Assembly: GCA_022646745.1 (NCBI GenBank)
Contig: CP060262.1
Span: forward strand, 1,740,001-1,772,000
Source of the DNA: Planctomycetales bacterium
GTDB taxonomy: Bacteria; 4484-113; JAFGCY01
Direction: 5' to 3'
DNA length: 32,000 nucleotides
Below are positions 24,709 through 30,928 of this stretch, one piece after another. The notes beneath the pieces are model-generated. The model had not been told where the DNA came from, did no database searches, and saw only the letters and a program-made list of their open reading frames with translations. Numbering within the stretch: the stretch's first letter is position 1; each line of letters opens with the position of its first letter. The position numbers and the translations under genes are program-made.

Positions 24709-24738
24709 GGGACCGGGGACCAGGGACCAGGGATCGGG
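24709..24738 (+). repeat. Heptamer array GGGACCR x4, left arm of inverted repeat B
   Basis: gggaccg gggacca gggacca gggatcg gg. It pairs with 24805-24815 (11/11) and 24833-24863 (about 25/29). Confidence 0.85.
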
Positions 24739-24804
24739 TGGGAATGGTGATCAGGAATTAGCGGAAATACAAACAATGTACCGGTTATCCGTTTGATGCA
24801 TAAA

Positions 24805-24863
24805 CCCGATCCCTGCACCCTGAAACCGGATTCTGGTCCCCGGTCCCAGGTCCCCGGTCCCTG
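24805..24863 (-). repeat. Right arm of inverted repeat B (split by a 17-nt insert)
   Basis: cccgatccctg ... ctggtccccggtcccaggtccccggtccctg is the reverse complement of the GGGACCR array. Confidence 0.85.
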
Positions 24864-24872
24864 CTATATACT
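24862..24872 (+). promoter_or_regulatory. Candidate extended -10 (TGCTATATACT) for the ABC exporter gene
   Basis: It directly abuts the right arm of repeat B and lies about 75 nt upstream of ATG 24946. It resembles GCTATACTCAG at the RND promoter. Confidence 0.3.
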
Positions 24873-24945
24873 CAGCCCGTGGCACTTTACAGGTGTTGGG
24901 ATGAAACTGCCAGTGCGTCCCGCAACGTAACTGTCACTGGAACAT

Positions 24946-26988
24946 ATGCCAACTGAGCAGAACAAGCCGGCCCCTCCAGCCGCGGAAAGCAGCCAGCAGA
25001 AGGCGCAGCGCACCAGCTTGCGCAACTCGCGGCGCTTCATCGCGCGCTGGATCATCATCTCGAGCGTGGTCTCGCTGCTGCTGGGTGGCCTGCTGCTCGT
25101 CTTCAATACAAAGATCAACACGCTGCTGGCGGACTTCGACTCGCTCGGCAGCATCGAGGGCGGCCCGCTGGCGGTATCCATCTTCATGCTGGCCGGCGGC
25201 TGCGGCCTGCTGCTCCTGCTGCCGGTGCTTGGCGGCGAGCGGCGCGAGTGGGAACGGATCATGCCGCTGATCTTCGAGCAGCGCGGCCACTTCTCGAAGA
25301 TGCTGATGGGCAGCGCGATCTTCGTCGTGACCGAGATGTCATTGCCGGCCTTCATCGGCTACATGGTGAATGACATTGTCAACACACAGCGCAGCATGCC
25401 CGGGCTCTACATCGCGATCGGCGTGCTGCTGGCGGTGCTGGTGCTGCGCGCCGTCGGCGGCTACTTCCGCCAGAACCACGCACAGGCGCTGGCCTACAGC
25501 ATCTCCGCCGACCTGCGCCAGAAGCTGTACTCGCACCTGCAGAAGATGAACTTCAGCTACTTTGACAAGGCCCGCCAGGGCGACCTGATGTCAACGCTGA
25601 CGAACGACGTGGAGAAGCTGCAGTTCTTCCTGCTGAACTCCAGCGAGGACTTCTTCGTGGCCCCGCTGAAGGTCTACATCGGCATCGCCTGCGTGATCTT
25701 CCTCAACTGGAAGCTGGCGGTGGTGATCATCCTGACGATGCCGCTGATCTCGATCATGCTGAAGTTCGCCGGCGGGCGGCTCAGGCGCATCAACCGCGAG
25801 GCGCAGGACTGGGTGGCTAAACTGACGGCGGAGCTGGCGGAGGGCATCAACACCATCCGCCTGGCCCAGAGCTTCGGCCTCGAGCGCACCGAGCTGTCAC
25901 GCTTCCAGCACACCAATGAGGAGACCCGGCGGCACCTGCTCGGGCATGCCCAGGTCAGCGCGGTGCTGCTGCCGATCGTCGAGGCGATCGGCTTCATCGG
26001 CCCGCTGGTGATCATCATCTCGCTGTGCTGGTGGGCGATCAGCGGCGGGGTGGACCTGAAGGCGGCGGAGATCCTCACACTGGCCGGCTACGGCGCGCTG
26101 ATTGCCAACCCGCTTGGCAAGGTCAGCCGCCTGATGGTGACCCTGTCCCAGGGCGAGGCCGCCAGTTCCCGCATCAACGGCATCCTCGACACCGAGGCCG
26201 CGATCCACGACCTGCCGGATGCCAAGGAGATCGCCGAGGTGGACGGCCGGATCGAGTTTGACAACGTGACCCTGCAGTACGGCGCGAAGGATGCCTACGC
26301 CCTGCGCGAGGTCAACCTCGTGATCCAGCCCGGCACACTGACGGCATTCGTCGGCGAAAGCGGCAGCGGCAAGTCCAGCCTCGTGCACCTCGTGCCGCGC
26401 TTCTACGAGGTGAGCAGCGGGCGGGTGCTGCTGGACGGGCATGACGTGCGCGGCCTGAAGCTTGCCAACCTGCGCAGCCACATCGGGCTCGTCAGCCAGG
26501 ACACGATCCTCGTGCATGGCACGATCGCCGAGAACATCGCCTACGGCACGCCGGATGCGGACCATGTGGAGATCCTCGGCGCGGCCCAGAGTGCCAACGC
26601 CCACACCTTCATCATGGAGTTCCCGGATGGCTATGACACGGTGGTCGGCGAGAAGGGCGTGACCCTGTCCGGCGGCCAACGCCAGCGCATCGCGATTGCG
26701 CGCGCATTGCTGCGCGACCCGCGCATCCTGCTCTTGGATGAGGCCACGAGCGCACTCGACAGCGTGAGTGAGGCGATGGTGCAGGATGCGCTCAACAAGC
26801 TGATGTTCGGCCGCACCACGCTCCTCGTCGCACACCGCCTGTCAACGGTGCGCCATGCTGACAATATCGTGGTGCTGAAGGCCGGCCGCATCTTCGAACA
26901 GGGCAACCATGAGGCACTGATCGCGAAGGGTGGGGAGTACGCACGGCTCGTGAAGCTGCAGGGCATGGCGCGGGAAGAGTCCGGATAG
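24946..26988 (+). CDS. ABC exporter, fused permease and ATPase (MsbA/ABCB-like), with an N-terminal extension
   Basis: Walker A GESGSGKSS, Q-loop VSQD, signature LSGGQRQR, Walker B ILLLDEATSALD, H-loop LLVAHRLS. Roughly 90 extra N-terminal residues carry two further hydrophobic segments. Confidence 0.92.
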   Translation: MPTEQNKPAPPAAESSQQKAQRTSLRNSRRFIARWIIISSVVSLLLGGLLLVFNTKINTLLADFDSLGSIEGGPLAVSIFMLAGGCGLLLLLPVLGGERREWERIMPLIFEQRGHFSKMLMGSAIFVVTEMSLPAFIGYMVNDIVNTQRSMPGLYIAIGVLLAVLVLRAVGGYFRQNHAQALAYSISADLRQKLYSHLQKMNFSYFDKARQGDLMSTLTNDVEKLQFFLLNSSEDFFVAPLKVYIGIACVIFLNWKLAVVIILTMPLISIMLKFAGGRLRRINREAQDWVAKLTAELAEGINTIRLAQSFGLERTELSRFQHTNEETRRHLLGHAQVSAVLLPIVEAIGFIGPLVIIISLCWWAISGGVDLKAAEILTLAGYGALIANPLGKVSRLMVTLSQGEAASSRINGILDTEAAIHDLPDAKEIAEVDGRIEFDNVTLQYGAKDAYALREVNLVIQPGTLTAFVGESGSGKSSLVHLVPRFYEVSSGRVLLDGHDVRGLKLANLRSHIGLVSQDTILVHGTIAENIAYGTPDADHVEILGAAQSANAHTFIMEFPDGYDTVVGEKGVTLSGGQRQRIAIARALLRDPRILLLDEATSALDSVSEAMVQDALNKLMFGRTTLLVAHRLSTVRHADNIVVLKAGRIFEQGNHEALIAKGGEYARLVKLQGMAREESG

Positions 26989-27019
26989 TGGAAGAAGTCT
27001 GAATAGTGGAAGAAGTGAT
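26989..27019 (+). repeat. 9-nt tandem array, left arm of element D
   Basis: tggaagaagt ctgaatagt ggaagaagt gat begins immediately after the ABC stop codon. Confidence 0.75.
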
Positions 27020-27062
27020 TAGTGTTTAGTTCTTAGTAGCGGCGGCGCCCCCGCCGCTGGGG
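27020..27062 (+). repeat. Direct repeat 1 (~44 bp) with an internal GC hairpin
   Basis: tagtgtttagttcttagtagcggcggcgcccccgccgctgggg, with stem AGCGGCGG/CCGCCGCT. About 41/44 identity to 27155-27198. Confidence 0.85.
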
Positions 27063-27089
27063 CAGGTTGGAGTGGGGAGTTTGGAGTTG

Positions 27090-27116
27090 GGAGGCGCGCA
27101 ACTTGTTTGCGCGCAA
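27090..27116. repeat. GCGCGCAA hairpin box, copy 2
   Basis: GGAGGCGCGCAACTTGTTTGCGCGCAA matches 7987-8013 at 26/27 positions. Confidence 0.85.
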
Positions 27117-27154
27117 TTCGATGGTGAAGCAGTCCGAAGAGGGTAAGAAGTTGC

Positions 27155-27198
27155 TAGTGTTTAGTTCTGAGTAGCAGCGGCGCCCCCGCCGCTGAGGG
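27155..27198 (+). repeat. Direct repeat 2 (~44 bp) with an internal GC hairpin
   Basis: tagtgtttagttctgagtagcagcggcgcccccgccgctgaggg. Confidence 0.85.
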
Positions 27199-27200
27199 AT

Positions 27201-27221
27201 GTCAGACGAAAGTCTGGCAAC
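27201..27221 (+). repeat. Third copy of the GNRA hairpin motif
   Basis: GTCAGACGAAAGTCTGGCAAC. One stem position has changed to a U-G wobble. Compare 7855-7875. Confidence 0.8.
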
Positions 27222-27231
27222 AGTTAGCAAA

Positions 27232-27291
27232 GGGCAGTAGGCAGCGGGCAGTAGGCAGGATGAGAATGAGAAACAGAATGAGAAGCAGCAG
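27232..27291 (+). repeat. Two adjacent short tandem repeats
   Basis: gggcagtaggcag c gggcagtaggcag, then gatgaga atgagaa acagaatgaga agcagcag. Confidence 0.75.
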
Positions 27292-27305
27292 ATGCCTATG
27301 CTCCC

Positions 27306-27348
27306 CTACTTCTTTCACTTCCCCCACTATGCAGACTATCCAGACTAC
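27306..27348 (-). repeat. Reverse-orientation GAAGAAGT/GAATAGT-type array, right arm of element D
   Basis: The reverse complement gtagtctggatagtctgcatagtgggggaagtgaaagaagtag resembles the 26989 array. Confidence 0.7.
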
Positions 27349-27399
27349 CGCTGAAGCAGGTAGCTCCGCACATCCCTCATCCCGCATCCCCAGCCAGGC

Positions 27400-28140
27400 T
27401 TACAGCCTGGCCTCCCGTTCCTCCCTGTCACGCAGCCGCACATGTTCGCGCAGCACACCCGTTCCGAGCGTGATCTCCAGCAGGTTGGCAAAGCCCCATT
27501 GCCAGAGTGGCGTGGAGAGGATGAGCATGCCCAGCGGTGTGAAGCTGGCGATGCTCTGCGCATCGTGCAGCAGCAGGTTGAGCGCGGAAAGGATCATCAG
27601 CGGGGCAAGGGCGATCGTGCTGATTGCAGTCGCTGCACCTGGCCTGCGACGCAGCTCCAGCAGGTAGGGTAGCTGCATCCCCGCGGCCCGGGCCCGGCCG
27701 AAGCCCGTTGCCAGGTTGAGGTGGATATGGTCGAGCCGGGCAAGGTATCCGCTAGCGTAGTCCTCCACCGGTGGGTAGTTGTCGTCGCTGAGCAGCCGCA
27801 GCAGCAGGTCAGAACCGGCAATGCGTCGGCGCAGCTCCACGAGTAGCATCCCCAGCCGCAGCAGCTGGAACAGGCCGAAGCAGAATGAGAGGATGAAGCC
27901 CGCCATCAGCAGGCGGAAGGGTGGTGTCTGGCTCACGCTGCCAGCCAGCGGGTAGTCAGCCGCAAGTGAGTACACCACGCGCCAGCCGCAGATAAGGTAG
28001 AGCACTACGGGGATGATCACGAGGAACAGCCAGGCGGCAAGCATTGTCATTTCCGGTCCCAGCACGCGGCCGGCCGGCAGCACGCGCTCTCCCTGCGGCG
28101 GGGTGAACAGGATGCGCTCGAAACTGTGCCGCTCAGGCAT
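27400..28140 (-). CDS. Hypothetical 4-TM membrane protein, paralog 3 of 3 (last gene of the operon)
   Basis: The start ATG 28140 overlaps the stop of the upstream paralog by 8 nt (ATGCCTGA). Shared motifs: SFERILF, RRRIAGSDLLLRLL, VLREHVRLRD. TM pairs flank a ~65-aa soluble loop. Confidence 0.8.
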   Translation of the reverse strand: MPERHSFERILFTPPQGERVLPAGRVLGPEMTMLAAWLFLVIIPVVLYLICGWRVVYSLAADYPLAGSVSQTPPFRLLMAGFILSFCFGLFQLLRLGMLLVELRRRIAGSDLLLRLLSDDNYPPVEDYASGYLARLDHIHLNLATGFGRARAAGMQLPYLLELRRRPGAATAISTIALAPLMILSALNLLLHDAQSIASFTPLGMLILSTPLWQWGFANLLEITLGTGVLREHVRLRDREEREARL

Positions 28141-28948
28141 CGGTTGTCTGTCCTGTGTCAGACGGCTGGTCGATGTGCAGTAGGCCGTTGTCAAGCTCGC
28201 GCAGGTGCTCACGCAGCAGGGATTGCTGTACAAGCTGGTACATCACCGGCAGGGCCAGCCAGGTGATGATTACGGCCAGCACAACCTGCGTGACAGCAAT
28301 GATGAATGTCTCGTTACCGCTGCCGTTGGCCGGCGCATTGGACCGCAGATGGCTCAGTGGAACCAGGACTGGAACTGAGAGGCACAACCAGATCAGCAGC
28401 AGGTTCACGATCAGGGGAGGCCAGGGGGATTTCCTCAGGCCAATGCAGTAATCAAGCTGGCGGAAAGCCTCGATGAAGTGGTTCATCATTGTCTCTTTGC
28501 GCAATGCCAGCAGTTCGAAGCTGCGCAGCCAGCCCGCCAGCGGGCCATCGTGGTACTCCACCCGCCAGCCATGCATCAGCCGGACCGCGATGTCGGACTG
28601 CTTCAGCCGGCTGCGCACCCTGTCCAGATGCGCCCGGGCGCGGCTGGTGAGGAACAGTGTTGCCAGCACCGGGGCCAGTACCGCAAGCACAAGAGCTGCG
28701 ATGGTGAGGCCGTCCAGCTGCGGGTTGCCCTGGCTCGAGCCCAGCGTTGCCATCATCATGTCCACTATCAGGGAGATTGCAACAAACAGCAGGCTGATCA
28801 TTGGCGCAAGCGTCAGGCCCATTGCCATCACCATGTTGATGAAGGCATCCGCAGAATCCATCCGGCTCAGGCCGAAGCTCCTGCGGTCCATCTCGCCGAA
28901 CACCTGCTGCTCCAGGCTGGCCCTGGGAGTGTCGGACACATCAGCCAT
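28133..28948 (-). CDS. Hypothetical 4-TM membrane protein, paralog 2 of 3
   Basis: The start ATG 28948 overlaps the upstream stop by 8 nt (ATGGCTGA). Motifs: SLEQQVFGE, RSRLKQSDIAVRLMHGW, LLREHLRELD. Confidence 0.85.
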   Translation of the reverse strand: MADVSDTPRASLEQQVFGEMDRRSFGLSRMDSADAFINMVMAMGLTLAPMISLLFVAISLIVDMMMATLGSSQGNPQLDGLTIAALVLAVLAPVLATLFLTSRARAHLDRVRSRLKQSDIAVRLMHGWRVEYHDGPLAGWLRSFELLALRKETMMNHFIEAFRQLDYCIGLRKSPWPPLIVNLLLIWLCLSVPVLVPLSHLRSNAPANGSGNETFIIAVTQVVLAVIITWLALPVMYQLVQQSLLREHLRELDNGLLHIDQPSDTGQTTDA

Positions 28949-29723
28949 GCAACACCTCCACTGCCGCTGGCCGTTGGCTCACGCTGGATGCCTGCTTGTC
29001 AAGGTCGCGCAGGTGCTCGCGCAGCAGCAATGCTTCACAGCGCTGCGCAAGAAAGGCATGCAGGCAGACATGCGTTGCCAGCAGCAGGCATGCTTCAATG
29101 GCTGCATAATTCAGGAAACTGTAGAAGTTGACCGGGGCATTGAGCACAATGGCAACCAGCAGGGCTGCAAGCATGGGCAGCATCAGGATTGAAGGCAGCC
29201 AGCGCTGTTTTTCTCGGCCCTGCATGAAGGACAGCTGCTGGAATACCAGCCGCAGCTGCAGCGCCAGATCCCTGCCGGAATCAGTTTGCATTCCCTGCTC
29301 AATCTCCCTCAGCAATGCCAGGAACGGTGCATCCGGGCTGTCGGGTTGCCAGCCGGTCATGACCCTCGCCACCAGGTCAGAACGTCTCAGCATGCGCCTG
29401 GCGACGGAGATCCTGCGTGCCAGCAGCAGCAGGTTCAGCAGGCTGAGCAGTACGGCACTGAGCGCGAGCGACCAGCCAATGGTCTCAATGTATTCGTAAT
29501 CAAAGGCATGGCGCACACCGGGATTGATAGCCTTGATTGGAGCGAGCGTGTACTGTAACCATAGGAGCGGCGGCAGCAGCGAAGGCACGAGGATGGCCAG
29601 CGCAGGCCACAGGGGATAGAGGTAAGTGCTGCGTGGTTCGCGACTGGCGTGCTCGCCAAACACCCGGTTCTCAAAGCTGGCCGTCTGCATCGTCCCCTCT
29701 GTATCAAGCATGTCCATTCCCAT
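28941..29723 (-). CDS. Hypothetical 4-TM membrane protein, paralog 1 of 3 (first gene)
   Basis: Motifs: SFENRVFGE, RRMLRRSDLVARVMTGW, LLREHLRDLD. The start is uncertain: ATG 29723 lies 4 nt after a TATAAT box, while ATG 29690 has AGAGGGG upstream. The ORF-track extension to 29837 reads through the intergenic heptamer array and is rejected. Confidence 0.8.
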   Translation of the reverse strand: MGMDMLDTEGTMQTASFENRVFGEHASREPRSTYLYPLWPALAILVPSLLPPLLWLQYTLAPIKAINPGVRHAFDYEYIETIGWSLALSAVLLSLLNLLLLARRISVARRMLRRSDLVARVMTGWQPDSPDAPFLALLREIEQGMQTDSGRDLALQLRLVFQQLSFMQGREKQRWLPSILMLPMLAALLVAIVLNAPVNFYSFLNYAAIEACLLLATHVCLHAFLAQRCEALLLREHLRDLDKQASSVSQRPAAVEVLHG

Positions 29724-29727
29724 GGGG

Positions 29728-29733
29728 ATTATA
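29728..29733 (-). promoter_or_regulatory. TATAAT box at the head of the three-paralog operon
   Basis: The minus strand reads GGCGTATAAT cccc ATG. No convincing -35. Confidence 0.4.
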
Positions 29734-29764
29734 CGCCTGCGGGCATGGCTGCGCCAGCCTTGAC

Positions 29765-29831
29765 AGCAATGAGCAATGAAGAGTGAGCAATGAGTAGGAA
29801 GCAATGAGTAGGGATCAATGAAGAATGATCC
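29765..29831 (+). repeat. Heptamer array (AGCAATG-type, about 9 units), left arm of inverted repeat C
   Basis: agcaatg agcaatg aagagtg agcaatg agtagga agcaatg agtaggg atcaatg aagaatg. Positions 29765-29794 pair with 29867-29896 at 29/30. Confidence 0.88.
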
Positions 29832-29866
29832 TATCAATGTTTAGCAGGACTCGATGCAGGTTCAGT

Positions 29867-29915
29867 CTCATTGCTCACTCTTCAGTGCTCATTGCTCCCC
29901 ACTCATTGCTCCCCC
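29867..29915 (-). repeat. Right arm of inverted repeat C
   Basis: ctcattgctcactcttcagtgctcattgct ccccactcattgctccccc is the reverse complement of the AGCAATG-type array. Confidence 0.88.
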
Positions 29916-29917
29916 GC

Positions 29918-29946
29918 TTGACCCGCAAGCCGCATCCGCGGATAAT
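29918..29946 (+). promoter_or_regulatory. Sigma70-type promoter for the Tyr-rich lipoprotein gene
   Basis: TTGACC (29918-29923), 17 nt, GATAAT (29941-29946). AAGGGGA SD, then ATG 29976. Confidence 0.55.
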
Positions 29947-29975
29947 TGACTGGTAGTCCATCCAAGGGGAATAGC

Positions 29976-30827
29976 ATGGGAACGCAGAAGGGTATCGGTT
30001 TCGCAGGCGTGCTCGCCATCAGCCTGGCCTCACTGGTCTTCGGGGCCTGCGGCGGCGGAGGGGGCAACATCACCGGCTACGTGGTGCCGGACAACCCCTA
30101 TTACTACGGTGGCAACAACGGCCCCTACTACTCAGGTAACAGCGACTACTACTACCAGAACGGCTACTACTACGACCAGTATGGCTACTATGACCAGTTC
30201 GGCTACTACGACGGTTATGGCAACCAGCTGTACAACTCGAATGACCCGGCCTACGTGAACATCGTCAACCGCAACGGACGTGGCAACGACCCCTTCATGC
30301 AGAACTATGCCAACATCAACGACCGCACGGTCTCGCAGTTCGTCAACTCAACCTACTCCGAGATGCTGGCGGACTTCGGCGGCAGCCTGCAGGACCTGCT
30401 GGTGCGCGTGGATGGCAACTCAGTTGACATCCCGCCCGGGGAGTACACGCTGGCAAGCCGCAATGCGGTGCTCAGTGAGGACGGCGGCCTGGACAGCGCG
30501 ATCACGCTCAACTCCAGCTATGACGGAGTCAGCCTCGTGACCTACACGCTCGAGGAGTTCTCCGGCTACGAGCAGCTGGCCAGCTTCGCCATCAACGGCA
30601 CGGGCAGCTTCGGCAGTGGCGACCGCAACGGGGTGTACTTCGGCATCCGCCAGTACGGCGACCGTGACACCCGCTGGTACGGCCCCTACCGCAACGGGAT
30701 GGAGTGGAAGGTGCGCCCGCTGCGCTGGGATGAGCGCTACCAGTCGCGCCACTGCTTCGTGACCGTGGCTGTGTTCGGTGGAGACAGCGTGACCGTGAAC
30801 CACATGCGCGCTGAGGTCGTTTACTGA
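29976..30827 (+). CDS. Lipoprotein with a Tyr/Gly/Asn-rich low-complexity region (hypothetical)
   Basis: MGTQKGIGFAGVLAISLASLVFGAC contains a lipobox. It is followed by GGGGG, then NPYYYGGNNGPYYSGNSDYYYQNGYYYDQYGYYDQFGYYDGYG, then a ~190-aa globular part. The start was chosen by SD; the ORF-track start is 29946. Confidence 0.8.
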   Translation: MGTQKGIGFAGVLAISLASLVFGACGGGGGNITGYVVPDNPYYYGGNNGPYYSGNSDYYYQNGYYYDQYGYYDQFGYYDGYGNQLYNSNDPAYVNIVNRNGRGNDPFMQNYANINDRTVSQFVNSTYSEMLADFGGSLQDLLVRVDGNSVDIPPGEYTLASRNAVLSEDGGLDSAITLNSSYDGVSLVTYTLEEFSGYEQLASFAINGTGSFGSGDRNGVYFGIRQYGDRDTRWYGPYRNGMEWKVRPLRWDERYQSRHCFVTVAVFGGDSVTVNHMRAEVVY

Positions 30828-30916
30828 ATCGAGGACTGACGAGGCACTGAATCTCGTGCTGAGGGAATTCCATGGAATCTCCACATTCCGGCATGCCTGC
30901 ATTGCGCAGCCCGGGC

Positions 30917-30922
30917 TATAAT
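30917..30922 (+). promoter_or_regulatory. TATAAT box 6 nt upstream of an in-frame GTG of the next lipoprotein gene
   Basis: GGGCTATAAT cgccca GTG (30929). Starting there gives a canonical lipoprotein signal, MAKSSVWLCIVCFALLLAGAC. Confidence 0.35.
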
Positions 30923-30928
30923 CGCCCA

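Noticed and set aside
25897-26835. 312-aa minus-strand ORF opposite the ABC exporter gene
   Set aside because: Shadow ORF. The plus strand has Walker A/B and the ABC signature.
27020-27198. Possible CRISPR array
   Set aside because: There are only two repeat copies, separated by a 92-nt spacer that itself contains other shared repeat modules. There are no cas genes and no regular repeat-spacer periodicity.
27033-27230. 65-aa minus-strand ORF with a repeated PQRRGRR(C/R)Y
   Set aside because: The internal protein repeat is simply the translation of the two 44-bp direct repeats. There is no SD, the ORF lies inside a mosaic repeat element, and its composition is atypical.
29724-29837. N-terminal extension of the first 4-TM paralog ORF
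   Set aside because: It translates the AGCAATG heptamer array (giving SLFIAHCC-type junk). The paralog alignment starts near SFENRVFGE.
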